A stretch of 63,731 nt of DNA, the filler included, from Malassezia furfur (taxonomy: Eukaryota), in assembly GCA_052055015.1 (NCBI GenBank). It is 4 parts of 4 records of this genome, joined end to end, with 100 filler letters (N's around TTAATTAATTAA, not from the genome) between each part and the next. Parts side by side here need not be neighbours in the genome. Positions count along the whole stretch, not along the records: positions 1 to 15,894 come from JBQJIT010000257.1; positions 15,995 to 31,882 come from JBQJIT010000258.1; 2 more parts are not named here. One strand, written 5' to 3'. The notes under the pieces were generated by a model. It was given only the letters and a program-made list of their open reading frames with translations. It had not been told where the DNA came from and did no database searches. This document shows positions 12,367 through 23,801 of this stretch, piece after piece. The translations under genes were made by a program, and so were the position numbers. Position 1 is the first letter of the stretch; every line of letters starts with the position of its first letter.

Positions 12367-12552
12367 ATGCCGGAACTCTACCGTGACCCCTGGGCGAAGC
12401 GCGAGGCATGGCGCAAGCACCCCTTGTTCTCGACTCGCTTTTACATGTGCAACATGTTCCCTGGCCTGGGCCTCGGTACCTCTGCATTCGTGCTCTACCT
12501 CATCTACGACAAGTTCCGGGGCGACCAGCAGAAGAAGGCGGCGCACCACTAA
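12367..12552 (+). CDS. NADH:ubiquinone oxidoreductase B12 subunit (NDUFB3/NB2M); candidate 24-nt 5'-UTR intron 12334-12357
   Basis: YRDPWAKREAWRKHPLFS...MFPGLGLG + one TM helix, typical of the B12 family. Confidence 0.85.
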   Translation: MPELYRDPWAKREAWRKHPLFSTRFYMCNMFPGLGLGTSAFVLYLIYDKFRGDQQKKAAHH

Positions 12553-12911
12553 GCAGCGGCTGAGTCGACACGATCTGCACCCAGAGACCCGCATGAGGGA
12601 CCTTTTCCCGAGCTGCTGTAGGATATAGGACACTCGCCGTCCCTTGTAGTATGCCGCGCGACACCTTGTCGGGCCGTGGCGCCGTCACCGAGGGGCTGGC
12701 TTGGCGCGCGCGCGGCCCTCGCCAGAGGGGCACATGTGCAATTTTTCGCGTAACCAATCTGGCCCCGACTTCCTGGACATCAACGACTCGCGCCCCTCAT
12801 TTTTGTCAGAGCCGGCGTGACGGCGCATGCGTGGCAGGAGGCGTGCAAACATTGTCTATTGCTGAGCATTTTTCTGTGACGGAGTACATCCTGGAGAACA
12901 CGTAGCTCGCC

Positions 12912-14584
12912 ATGCACGTCGACCATGCAGGGCCGCCGCCGCCCGATGACACGGGGTCGATGCAGGCCAACACCCACACATCCACACCGTCTCACATGCA
13001 AGACCCACCGCAGCCCAAGCAGGAGCGGGGCAGCACAGAGAAGCCTGGACCACGCCCTTCTCGCCGGAAAAAGGCGAGCCGTGCGTGTTATCATTGCCAA
13101 AAAGCCCACCTGACTTGCGACGATTGTACGTGGGCCTTTTCAAGCGCGACTAACCCCAGCCCGGCCATGCCAGCGCTGCATCCGCAAGGGCCTAGCCGAC
13201 CAGTGTGTTGATGGGTACCGGAAAAAAGCCAAATACCTTCTGGAAGAGGACGAAATCCGTGCGTGTGCATCGGCTCATGCAGCTCCCAAAATGCACCACT
13301 CTATGTCCTCCGACGCGTCGCATCCTACCGAGATGTTTGCGAGCAGTGTGCCGGAGACGATGCCGATGTCGAACCAGGCACCCGCCTTTGCACCACGTAC
13401 GTTGCCGCATCTGACCACAGCGTCTGCCCTGTTCAAGCCGACGAGCCAACTTGCCCGGATGGACGCCAAACCCGTCACGATGGACTCCGGCGCGGGCTCC
13501 GGGTTCGACCCTACGTGGCTTGAGTGCTCGATCTTGTCTTCGATGCTGCACGATGCCGACTCGGGGCTGGTCAACAGCGACTCCCCCGACGTACCAACGG
13601 CTCCCGCTATGGAGCTCATGGACAGTTATACCCATGTCAACAACGTTTTGCCCCACGACCTCCGAAACGATGACACCCTCGCACCCCACCTTTCCTGGAA
13701 CGCGCAGCACCCACCCATGCAGCCCATGCTCCAAAAGCCTGTCGCTTCCGAGTTTGGCGACATGCACGTGTACCCCGAGCAGGGCGTGGGCGAGTCCAGC
13801 CACGCCCCCCGTCTAATGGGCCCGACTGCAGGCTCGATGAGTGCGTCGCACACCGCGGATACGACTGCGTCATCGTCGCTGGACAAAGCCAACTTGCACA
13901 AGCGCCCTGACGAGTCAGCGAGTGCGGCAGAGCACGACAGCCACAACGACAACGCCTGGAAACAGCGTGTGGCCGATGTGTACCGTGGCGACACGAAGCC
14001 GTTTCGGTACACAGAGGGCTACCACATCCTGCTCAAGTACGTCACGCAAAAGTACGAAAAGAGCGACGTGCTGCGGATTGTGCGTGCACTCGCCATTTTC
14101 CGTCCGTCGCTGATTGCGCTCCAAATGGCGCTCAGCGAGGAGGACGAAAAATTTGTGGAACGCGCGTTCCAGCGCACCATGCTCGAGTTTGAGAAACTCA
14201 TCTCGTTCTCGGGCACGCCGACCGTCGTGTGGCGCCGGACGTGCGAGATTTGCGTGGTGGGCGCAGAGTTTTGTATGCTGACCCAATGGTCGAAGGAGGA
14301 CCTGTTGGGGAAGTACATGTATCAGTTTATGGACAAGGACTCGGTGCTGAACTACTGGTACGGGCGCACGTTATGACTGACCGCAGGGAGCAATTTGCCA
14401 GCCATGCGTTTGAGAACACGACGCCCTCTGTCATGACCACCTGCGTCCTGCTCAACCCCTCCGGGAAACGCATCCCCTGCACGTGGTGCTTCACGATCAA
14501 GCGCGACCCGTTCGATTTGCCCGCATACGTGGTTGGCAATGTACGTCACGCAAGCTCACGCAGTTCCTTCCCATCCTCTCTTAG
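12912..14584 (+). CDS. ERT1: Zn2Cys6 + PAS transcription activator of gluconeogenesis (Ert1/AcuK family); introns 13126-13159, 13259-13282 (optional), 14358-14386, 14541-14563
   Basis: RACYHCQKAHLTCDD/SRPCQRCIRKGLADQCVDGYRKKAKYL; C-terminal KPFRYTEGYH, FRPSLIAL, GTPTVVWRRT, CTWCFTIKRD..VVGN/FLPIL*. Confidence 0.88.
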
Positions 14585-14717
14585 ACACGTTGTACCATAG
14601 TTAATCGCTGCATACAGCCTAACACGCACAGTCGCAGGGGACCACTGCGACGCCGAATTTTTTATCAGATCAGCTCGTGCCCCAGGCACAAAGCGGGGTA
14701 TGGAGGCTGCACGCCAA

Positions 14718-15166
14718 TTACTTGGGTATTTCGTGCTCGGCTAGGAGCTAGGGGTGAGCGTGGCGCCGGGGTACGTACCATGTTGGGAATCCCGCTGCGA
14801 ATTGTGTACACGTGCCCGCAATTGGGGCACACCATTTCGCCCTCGGCGATATGCAGCTAGATGTGAGCGCGCCAAGCAACGTACCTCGAGCAGGATGTGG
14901 TGCAGTGCCTGGAGCAGCTCGTCGCTCGGTTCCTGTTGCGTGAAATCCGGCTCTTGCTCCGGGAGCGATGTCTGGCCCAGCTGGCGCGCGGCGCCGACCA
15001 GCGCCGGCCAGTGGAGTTTGGGCAGGAACCCCTTGAGGAAGGCGTCGTTGTAGTCGGCCTCAATCAGCTCCAGCTGAACATTGCGAAGCTGCAAGGGAAA
15101 GTTCTTGGACGAGTTTCCGCAGCCTTTGGCGTGGCACGCGAGCAAATTGTGCGTCAGCAAGCGCAT
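14718..15166 (-). CDS. TRM112: Methyltransferase activator Trm112 (introns 14857-14884, 14748-14778)
   Basis: MRLLTHNLLACH..., spliced end LHHILLE/LHIAEGEMVCPNCGHVYTIRSGIPNM/LLAEHEIPK*. Confidence 0.92.
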
Positions 15167-15409
15167 GGCCGACGCGTTGGGATGCTGCACGACGGCGTCG
15201 GCGAACAAGAAAATCTCGCCACGTGGTTTTTCGGCCGAATGCCCCGTGTGGACCCGAGCGCCCGGGCCATGCGGGGACGCGTAGGCCGTGTGGGGATGGC
15301 GAGTTAAATTGCTTGTTCCGAAATGCTCCGTATGATTACGTCAAATGACAAATTGAGTGGTGGGGAACAGATCGCGACCTGCAGCCGCGCGTCCTTTTGC
15401 TGCGGGTTA

Positions 15410-15505
15410 CCGGTAGACGCCGGTGCCTCCGGCGCATACGCCGTGGGGAAGCGTTGTCCTGTGCATTAAGGCGCAGGCGGATGGATATGGCCAACATTAT
15501 ATAAA
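15410..15505 (+). promoter_or_regulatory. PCK1 promoter: CCG-N7-CCG element (15410-15422) and TATA box (15498-15505)
   Basis: CCGgtagacgCCG (also reads CCG-N7-CCG on the minus strand); TATATAAA ~40 nt upstream of ATG. Confidence 0.45.
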
Positions 15506-15545
15506 TGCCGGGTTGTGGGGTGCCACACGATCTTCTCAGTACACC

Positions 15546-15894
15546 ATGACTTCCCCCGGCAACCACCACGACGAGCTCCCCAACCAGCAGGAGGCGAACC
15601 CGCTTCTGTCGCTGGACATTACCATGTTCTCCAAGGCCGGTTTCGACATGGACCGCATCCAGATTAAGCGCAACAGCGCCGTCTCGCAGCTCTACGAGGA
15701 GGCCATTGCGAAGGAGGGTGCGGTGATCTCCTCCAACGGTGCCCTGATCAACTTTTCGGGCAAGAAGACTGGCCGTTCGCCCAAGGACAAGCGCATCGTG
15801 TTTGAAGACACGTCCAAGGACGACATTTGGTGGGGTCCCGTGAACATCAAGCTCGACGAGCACACCTTCGAGATCAACCGTGAGCGTGCGATTG
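15546..15894 (+). CDS. PCK1: Phosphoenolpyruvate carboxykinase (ATP), 3'-truncated at contig end
   Basis: LYEEAIAKEGAVISSNGALINFSGKKTGRSPKDKRIV...IWWGPVN...FEINRERAI. Confidence 0.95.
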
Positions 15895-15994
15895 NNNNNN
15901 NNNNNNNNNNNNNNNNNNNNNNNNNNNNNNNNNNNNNNTTAATTAATTAANNNNNNNNNNNNNNNNNNNNNNNNNNNNNNNNNNNNNNNNNNNN
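15895..15994. other. Artificial contig linker
   Basis: N-run-TTAATTAATTAA-N-run (stops in all six frames). Confidence 0.97.
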
Positions 15995-17564
15995 CAGGTG
16001 CTTGTGAGCGACGTGAGCCGTACGTTCTTCCGCGAGCTGCAGACGCCCGCGCCGCGCCCGGCCCGCTGCTCTTCGCCGGCTCTACATGCAGCTCGAGCGG
16101 CGGCAGCACCGCATGCGACGCGGCCGGCTGCTGCACCTCGTCCAGGTTGACGGGGATGCCGAGCGAAATGAGGTGCCGACGCCGCGTCGCAGAGCGCGTC
16201 CAGTCCAGCGGCGTGCTGGCGATCGGCACGGGCGTCTGCAGCTCGCGGAAGAGCGCACGGCTCGCGTCGCTCGTCAGCACCTGCGCAAGCCCTTCGATCT
16301 CGCGCAACGGCTCGCGCGTCAGGTCAGACTCTGCCGAGGACGGCGCCGAGGCATCGACAAAGTCGGGCAGCAGCTCGGCGACCGTCGCACGGATCGCCTC
16401 GCGCGGCGCATGCACATCGACGCTCGGCTGCACAGCCGCTGCAGGCGGCAGCGACGTCGCGGACGCCGACGCCGACGCCGACGACGGCGCACTTATCCCG
16501 GGGGTGTCGGCCGCTGCGGCAAAGTCGTCGTCCTGCTCGGCAAAGTCGCCAAAGTCGTCAAAGTCGTCGTCGGCCGGCGGCGCTGCAGCGCCAGAAAGCT
16601 CGGCTGCCGGCGCCGCCGCAAGGGTGTCGTCCGCACCGACGGTGGTGTCCGCCGAGGGGTCGGTGGGGGCCTCGGTGGGAAAGGCACGCTCGGCGGGCAG
16701 GCTAGCTACCTCGGGCTCGGCAGGTTGGCTAGCAGGCTCAGGCTCGGCAGGGAGGCTAGCTACCTCGCGCTCGGCCAGTTGGCTAGCTTGCTCGGTTTCG
16801 GCGGGTTGACTAGCCTCTGCAGACTCGGCAGGGAGGCTAGCTTGCTCAGGCTCGGCGAGCATGCTAGCTTCTGCAGACTCGGCGGGGAGGGAAGCTACCT
16901 CTGCCTCAGCAGACTTGGCAGGCTCCGCAACCTCTGCCGGCTCCGTCCTTGAGACGGTCCGGGCACGCCCCGCAGCCTTGGTGGGCCGGGCAGGCGCGGT
17001 CGCTTCTGCAGGCTGGGCCGGCGCGGCACGTTCCGCAGGCTCGGCCAGTTCCGCAAGGTCCGCAGACTTCGCAGGCTCGATCGACTCCTCCCGTTCCACC
17101 GGCACGTCGGCCGGCTGGCCTTCCAAGGACACCGCCGAGAGCGGCATAGCAAGGTCGTCCGGTGCCTGTGTACCGCCCAGCGTACTCTCGCCCGCCAGGA
17201 CAGTATCTTCTTCTGGCCGTGCGGCCTCTTTTTCTGTGGGGCGCACCTCCACGAGCACTTTGCTCGGCGGTGTCGCGTCTGTAACAGCATCCAGGAGCGC
17301 CGGCTCCTCTTTTGGCGCCTCCGTCACGGTCTCATCGCCCGGAACCTCGGGCGCTGGCACCTCGGGCACGGGCGCCGCCGTCGTCGCGCCCTCTGCATCG
17401 TCCTGCACGGGCGTCTCCTGGGCCTCGATCACGTTCTCGCGACTCGCCCACCCATTGTCGGTATCAAAGTCTGCCCACCCATCTTCTGTCCCGCTATCGC
17501 GGATATCGTGGAACTCGTCGGGGTCGGCGTACGACGCCTCGTCCCCGCTGCCTACCTTGGGCAT
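15995..17564 (-). CDS. Acidic low-complexity protein with DFGDF motif and DUF5102/Laa2-like C-terminal domain (3'-truncated)
   Basis: DDDFDDFGDFAEQDDDF (adaptor gamma-ear-type motif) and WTRSATRRRHLISLGIPVNLDEV; start MPKVGSG chosen because upstream sequence overlaps the next gene. Confidence 0.6.
16686..16901 (-). repeat. Coding minisatellite, 8 x 27 bp (9-aa unit consensus E(V/Q)ASLPAE(S/P))
   Basis: EVASLPAES AEASMLAEP EQASLPAES AEASQPAET EQASQLAER EVASLPAEP EPASQPAEP EVASLPAER. Confidence 0.85.
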
Positions 17565-17748
17565 CACGACCGGTGAAGGAGGCGGTGGAGGTGGAGGCGT
17601 GGCAGGCACCCCACCCACCCTCCAGCGGCGCAAGGGCCGCCTCCAGGCCACCTCGCGTGCCGCTGCGCGCCGCCCCGTGCCGAGCCACAGCGGTGTGCCT
17701 ATGTAGCGCCCGCAGCCGAGCGACTGCGCAGCTCCGTTCCCCCATAGC

Positions 17749-18961
17749 CTATGTACGACCCACGCCGTGGGCGCGCGGCACCGGCAGCACCGGCCGCTCG
17801 TTGCGCTCCCAGAACTGCACGAGGGTGTGCGCCGTGTCGTGCGGCATGTCCTGCGTAAGTCGGGCAGACACGTACCTCGTGCACACAGTGCCCCGCCTCG
17901 CGCGCGATCGACAGCTGAAACTTGCCCTGCATCTGCCCGATCGTCAGCGGCTGGTCGAGGTGGTCGGTCTCGGCGAGGATCAGCAGCCGCGGCGCGCGCG
18001 TCGTCAGGAAACGCTCCGACAGCCCCGTAAACCACCCGCGCCAGAACGGCTCGGTAGACGCCAGATCCGTCACCCAGCGCCACGGCAGCGGCGCGTGGTG
18101 CGCGTCATGGTACAGCAGCGAGGGCACACTGCGCCGCGCACTCTCGAGGTTGCGCACCGCGCGCGTCTCTACATGCCACTGGATCGCCGCTTCCACACTG
18201 ACGAACCCCTCGGGGCGCCGCTGGATGATGTGCAGCATGTGCGGGAGCGACTGCAGCGACGTCCCTTCGACAATGTCCAGCATCGCCACGCCGCTCACGC
18301 GCGCCAGCGACTGCTCCTGCAGCGCATGCACCGCCGCAACGACCACGGCACCGCCCATCGAGTGGCCCACGAGCACGAGGCTCGGCCGCTTCGCTGGCTC
18401 GGGGAACAGCGTCGCGACGACGCCCAGCAGGTCGGTGGTCAGTGCGCCGAGCGAGACGTCGCGCGCCGCCTCGGTGGGGAAACGCGTGTGCCCGTGCGCA
18501 CGACAGTCGTACGCAAGGATGCCGAGCTCGCCGTGCGTCCGCCGCGTGATCTCCTTCGCCAGGAGCGCAAACGACAGCGCATCGGCCCCGGCGCCATGGT
18601 GGCACACCACCACCGTGCTCTTCGACAGGTCGCCACCGGCCCGTGCGGTGCCGGGCGGCGTAAAGTAGGTACGCACATGCGCGGGCGCCGCACTGCCCTC
18701 GAGCGGCAGCTCGACGTCCAGCGCGGTCGTGAAGCAGTCGTCCGACTCGAGCGGCGCAAACGCCGCCGGCGACCGCGCAGGAGGCACGCCGCCGTGCTCG
18801 ATCGCTGTGCGCGACACGTTCACACCGGGCAGGTCGCCGAGCGTGTCCTGCGCCTCGAGCTCCTCGTGCGGCGGCGCCGCGTCCGGCGCCAGACCCGCGC
18901 GCTTCTTCAGAGCGGCCACGCGCATCTTCAGAGCGGCCACGCGCAAATTCGCGTCGGCCAT
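17749..18961 (-). CDS. PPE1: Protein phosphatase 2A methylesterase PME-1 (intron 17851-17875)
   Basis: VVCHHGAG..ALSFA, LVGHSMGGAV, LDIVEGT, WFTGLS.RFL, LTIGQMQGKFQL, GHCVHE/DMPH..LVQFWERN. Confidence 0.9.
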
Positions 18962-19030
18962 CGCGTGGAGGGCAGCGCCGCCACCGCTCGGGCGGCACGG
19001 TTAAATAAATTGTCTCAAATTCTATCTACA

Positions 19031-19635
19031 TTACAAAAAGACGACGCCCGCGCCGAGCAGCGCAACAATGCACGAGCACAGCGCCGTGAGCCGCCCAGCG
19101 GGCACATGGTGCGCTACACCGCTCGTCCCCTCGGGCTCCGCCGGGTTCGCCGTGCCGGTCGCCGATCCCTGCTCGTTGAACTGGTGCACAGTGTTGCTCT
19201 TTTGCGCCGACGCAGTCACCGACGACAGGAAGCTCGAGCCAGCGCTCTCGTCCGATGCATACTTCGACGAGACGTACTGCGACAGCGACTGAACGCTCGC
19301 ACCGTAAGTCTGCAGCGTGCCAATGGCCTTGTTGTAGGTCTGGCTAGGGTTGAGTGCCTTGACCGTCACAGGCGCGCTGGTCGTCGCTGGGGGTCAGAAA
19401 AAACAGATACGTACGCAGCGGGGGCTCCGACGATGCACTCGTCATCGGCACACTCGAATAACCGTCGCTCGCCTGCGACGTGCCTTGCGCGACGTCGCTC
19501 GCGGCGCTCGACCAGCCCTGGGCCGCACTGCTCACCAGCGAGTTGATGTTGACTGCGTCAGTCTGGAAACGTACACTGAGCACAAACGGTCTGCACCAGC
19601 AGCACACACACCGCGATGTACGCAAACCACTTCAT
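19031..19635 (-). CDS. Small secreted Ser-rich, probably GPI-anchored cell-surface protein (introns 19553-19574, 19387-19414)
   Basis: Signal peptide MKWFAYIAVCVLLVQTVCAQ; spliced Ser/Ala-rich body; hydrophobic C-terminus LTALCSCIVALLGAGVVFL*. Confidence 0.7.
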
Positions 19636-19777
19636 GGACGCACCGAGGAAGGCGTCGGCTACGCCCTCGCCCGGAAACTGCCAGGGGTTCGACATATGCA
19701 TGATGAGGTAGGCGTGCATGTCCCTGTCGATGGGCCTATGAGAAAAGGGCAGGTGGCCCGTGCGCAGTCATCAGGCA

Positions 19778-20822
19778 CTAGTAGCCCTGCACGCGCTTGG
19801 GGCGGTACGGCTCCTCCAGGTAGGCAACCTCTTCGTCACTGAGCTGCGCCTTGAGCGCACCGACGGCCTCTTCAATGCGCTCCGGCTTGCTCAGGCCCAC
19901 AATCGGGTTCACACCTTTCTTCGAGACACACCACGCAATCGCCACCTGCGCCATCGGCACGCCTTTCTTCTTACTCAGCTCCTCGACGCGGTCCACAATT
20001 GCCTTGTCCACTTCCGTCTCATTAGAGCGGATCAAGTAGGCGAGCATCGCGTCATTTTGCTGCCGCTTCGACGAGCGGTCGTCCCACGGACGCGTCAGTA
20101 CACCGCGCGCGATCGGCGACCACGGCACAAAACCCACGCCCGTCGCCTGGCAGTACGGAATCATCTCGCGCTCTTCTTCGCGGTACAGCAGATTGTAGTA
20201 GTTCTGCATCGAGATAAATTTATGCCATCCGTGCTTCTCGGCAATGTACTGCAGCTGCTGGAACTCCCAGGCAGCCATGGAACTTGCGCCAATATACCGC
20301 ACCCATCCCTTTTCGACCACGTCGTTCAGTGCGCGCATAATCTCCTCCTTGGGCGTCTCGCGGTCAAGGCGGTGGATTTGCAGCACATCAATGTACGTGC
20401 CAAGGCGCCGGACACTCGCCTCGACAGCGTCGAGGATATGCTTGCGGGAAAGACCCACACGGTTCACCATTTCCCCGTCGTTGCTAGCCATGGCAGCAAT
20501 CATCGGATATGTGCCATCGTCCGTCACACCAAAGAAGCACTTGGACATGATTACGACCCGCTCGCGGGGAATGTTGTACTTCTGCAGCGCCTTGCCCACA
20601 ATCTCCTCGGACTTGCCCATACTGTAGACGTCGGCAGTGTCCCACGTATTGATGCCGGCGTCGTACGCACACTTGAGCAGGGGAAGCGACGCCTCTTCAT
20701 CCAGCACCCACGACTGCCATTCGGGGGTACCGTACGACATGCATCCCAGGATGATGCGCGAGACTTTCAGACCCGAATTGCCCAAGCTGTCTTAGTGCGG
20801 CGACCTACTTGACGTATTCCAT
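19778..20822 (-). CDS. Aldo-keto reductase, aryl-alcohol dehydrogenase/VrdA-like, copy 1 (intron 20787-20808)
   Basis: MEYVN/LGNSGLKVSRIILGCMSYG, WDTADVYSMG, YIDVLQIHR, RYIGASSM, SMQNYYNLLYREEEREM. Confidence 0.9.
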
Positions 20823-20875
20823 GGTAGTTGGAATTTAACTAACCGCCGGGGCCGGCACGGGCCCTCGACTCCACT

Positions 20876-21898
20876 TCAATAACCAATTACTTGTTTAGGC
20901 CGGTATGGCGCCTCGAGGTACGCCATCTCGTCGGGCGACAGCGTGAGCGACAACGCCGCGACGGCCTGGTCGATGCGGTCTTTTGTAGAGAGACCTAGTA
21001 GCGGCGCAATGCCGCCCTTGTGTAGCAGCCAGGCAATGGCGATCTGCGCCATACTCACCCCGCGGTGATGGGCCAGTTTCTCCACACGTTCCACAATCGC
21101 GCGATCGGCATCGCCCACCTGTGAGTGTACGATGTATTGTTGGAAAAGGTCTGAATGGACACGTTTAGTCGACTTGTCATTCCATGGCCGCGTCAGAACG
21201 CCAGCAGCGAGTGCAAACCACGGAATGACACCCACGCCCGTCGCCTGGCAGTACGGAATCATCTCGCGCTCTTCTTCGCGGTACAGCAGATTGTAGTAGT
21301 TCTGCATCGAGATAAATTTGTGCCACCCGTGCTTCTCGGCAATGTACTGCAGCTGCTGAAATTCCCATGTGGCCATGGAACTTGCGCCAATATACCGCAC
21401 CCAGCCCTTTTTTACCACATCGTTCAGGGCACGCATGATCTCTTCCTTGGGCGTCTCACGGTCCAAGCGGTGGATCTGAAGCACGTCAATATACGTGCCA
21501 AGGCGCTTGACGCTACCCTCAACCGCATCAAAAATGTGTTTGCGTGAGAGACCGACGCGGTTCACTAGCAGGCCCTCGTTCGTAAACATGTCCTGGATCA
21601 GGGGGTACGAGTCATCATGCGGTAGGCCGTAGTAACACTTGGTCATGATCACGACACGTTCGCGGGGTATGTTCAGCTGGCGGAGTGCCTTGCCGATGAT
21701 TTCTTCGGACTTGCCCATGCTGTAGGAATCCGCCGTGTCCCACGTGTTGATGCCACACTTGAACGCGTGGTCTAGCATCCCGATCGATGCATCTTCATCC
21801 AGGACCCAGTCGACCCATTTGGGCGTCCCATAAGACATGCATCCAAGAATGATCTTAGATACACGCAAGCCAGAGTCGCCTAGTGCAATATACTCCAT
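20876..21898 (-). CDS. Aldo-keto reductase, aryl-alcohol dehydrogenase/VrdA-like, copy 2 (intronless)
   Basis: MEYIALGDSGLRVSKIILGCMSYG..., same catalytic D/Y/K/H motifs as copy 1. Confidence 0.9.
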   Translation of the reverse strand: MEYIALGDSGLRVSKIILGCMSYGTPKWVDWVLDEDASIGMLDHAFKCGINTWDTADSYSMGKSEEIIGKALRQLNIPRERVVIMTKCYYGLPHDDSYPLIQDMFTNEGLLVNRVGLSRKHIFDAVEGSVKRLGTYIDVLQIHRLDRETPKEEIMRALNDVVKKGWVRYIGASSMATWEFQQLQYIAEKHGWHKFISMQNYYNLLYREEEREMIPYCQATGVGVIPWFALAAGVLTRPWNDKSTKRVHSDLFQQYIVHSQVGDADRAIVERVEKLAHHRGVSMAQIAIAWLLHKGGIAPLLGLSTKDRIDQAVAALSLTLSPDEMAYLEAPYRPKQVIGY

Positions 21899-22424
21899 GG
21901 TGGAGGGGTGCACAGACCAACACCTAGGCGCGCAGTGAGGCCGACACAGCGTCGTCCCCCGACACGGACTTCGCACACGCTCGAGCAAATGCGCTTCAAT
22001 GGGGTGGGTAGTGGCTACAGGAAGTCGAGGCTCGGCATTACTACAGCGTAGTGGCGCACGCATCCCACGGATGAGGCGCCATGGCGACGTCGACTGCAAC
22101 ACCCCCTTGGCCGACCTCGACCATGCACACCACATGACAGCTATCACGGCTTACCTACCCCGCACACCGCCCGTATCGATCCTTGTGGTTGCGTCATTTC
22201 CCTGGACACGCAGCGCTGCGGCTTGGTTCGAACCCTGCCCGCACAGCTGATGACCCCGCATGCATCAGGAAATCAACGAGCACGGACACTAGACCCGGGT
22301 GCACGGACGGTACATTGCTACTCGGACGAGCACGTCATCTAGCTTGCTGGACGATACGACCGCTCCACAAGTGGCGGTGAGCGCGTGCATTCCATGCACC
22401 GAAGCTGGCTATCCATGTGGAGGG

Positions 22425-22434
22425 ATTGTGCAAT
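22425..22434. promoter_or_regulatory. Candidate bZIP (Cys3/MetR-like) near-palindrome upstream of TauD-like gene
   Basis: ATTGTGCAAT; TATAAAA at 22613-22619. Confidence 0.3.
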
Positions 22435-22655
22435 TCGCGCAGCGCATCGGACACAAATGACGTGCTTGAAATATTCTCCGTGCGGAGAAAGGTCAGAACT
22501 TTGGGACGCTAGCGTGATTGCCAGGGCGAATTCACAATGAAGGAGCGACGTGCACACGCAAGCGCTGACATCCTGATAAGTCCCGTGGAAGCTCCTGGAT
22601 AGCAAGACATCTTATAAAAGTTGGCTGACCTCGTACTGGGCCTCCTCAGTTCATC

Positions 22656-23801
22656 ATGGCCCCCGCAGTCCAAATCGCACCCCGCGTTGACGAGACGACG
22701 GCTCCTACCAAGGACATCAAGAACGCCGTCAAGGATGCCAAGATCCCTCAGACGGAATCGTCCATTGCGCCGCGCGCTCCGCTGCAGGCGTCGGGCCTTC
22801 TCGACAGCCTGTACGAGTTCGACGAGCTGACGCCTGTCATGGGCCGCACCTACCCCACGCTGCAACTCCGCGACCTGGTCAACCACGAGAAGGCCGACGA
22901 GCTGATTCGTGACCTCGCCATCGTCATTTCGCGTCGTGGCGTCGTGTTCTTCAAGAACCAGGACCTGACCGCGGACGAGCAGAAGTTCCTCACGAACCGC
23001 CTCGGCCACCTCACGGGCAAGCCGGCGAGCTCGGGCCTGCACATCCACCCCGTGTTCAACGCCGAGCGCGGCGGCAGGGACCAGGTCGTGGACGAGAAGG
23101 GCACCGCCAACAAAGACAACGAAATCAGTGTCATCTCGAGCAACCTGCACCGCTCGCTCGAGGTTGCGCCCCGCTCGGGTGCCGACGAATGGCACAGCGA
23201 CATTGCGTTCGAGCCGGTGCCCGCGGACTACACGTCGCTCAAGGTGCACACGCTGCCCCACACCGGTGGTGACACCATGTGGGCAAGTGGATACGAGGTG
23301 TACGACCTGCTCTCGCCGCCGTTCCGCGAGCTCTTTGAGAAGCTCAACGGGTTCTACTTCCCGCCCGAGTTTGTCGAGTCGGCCGCGCGCTTTGGCTACG
23401 CCCTGCACCCGGGACCGCGCGGCGCGGCCGACAACGTCGGCACGCACCTCACCACCGAGCACCCCATCATCCGCACCAACCCCGTCACGGGCTGGAAGTC
23501 GGTGTATGGCATCGGTCACCACTTTAACCGCGTGGTCGGTGTGTCGCCGGACGAGAGCGACATGCTCAAGCGGTACATCCGCGACCTCGTAACGCAAAAC
23601 CACGCGACGCAGCTGCGCTACCGCTGGGGCAAGAACGACCTCGCGATCTGGGACAACCGCTCGACCTACCACGCAGCGACGCCGGATTACTTCGATCTCG
23701 GTCCGCGCTCAGGTGTGCGGGCTGTGTCGTGCGGCGAGCGCCCATACTTTGACCCGAACAGCCGTTCGCGTCGCGAAGAGCTGCAGGGAAAGCTCATTTG
23801 A
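22656..23801 (+). CDS. Fe(II)/2-oxoglutarate-dependent dioxygenase, TauD/Jlp1 (sulfonate/sulfate ester) family
   Basis: RGVVFFKNQDL, WHSDIAFE (HxD), GGDTMWASGY, HPIIRTNPVTGWK, AIWDNRSTYH. Confidence 0.9.
   Translation: MAPAVQIAPRVDETTAPTKDIKNAVKDAKIPQTESSIAPRAPLQASGLLDSLYEFDELTPVMGRTYPTLQLRDLVNHEKADELIRDLAIVISRRGVVFFKNQDLTADEQKFLTNRLGHLTGKPASSGLHIHPVFNAERGGRDQVVDEKGTANKDNEISVISSNLHRSLEVAPRSGADEWHSDIAFEPVPADYTSLKVHTLPHTGGDTMWASGYEVYDLLSPPFRELFEKLNGFYFPPEFVESAARFGYALHPGPRGAADNVGTHLTTEHPIIRTNPVTGWKSVYGIGHHFNRVVGVSPDESDMLKRYIRDLVTQNHATQLRYRWGKNDLAIWDNRSTYHAATPDYFDLGPRSGVRAVSCGERPYFDPNSRSRREELQGKLI

Noticed and set aside
3530..14563. Apparent frameshifts or premature stops in VPS26, DUG2, RPC34, TOP1 and ERT1
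   Set aside because: Each is resolved by a canonical GT-branch-AG micro-intron, so these are not pseudogenes or programmed frameshifts
18903..18945. 21-bp tandem duplication (LRVAALK MRVAALK) at the PPE1 N-terminus
   Set aside because: In-frame slippage in a non-conserved leader; no functional implication evident
17312..19546. Long antisense/alternate-frame ORFs (e.g. 744 aa here; also 26224-28026, 43173-44651, 61415-62986, 22509-23672)
   Set aside because: Shadow ORFs of real genes in high-GC3 DNA; Arg/Ala/Val-rich with no recognisable motifs
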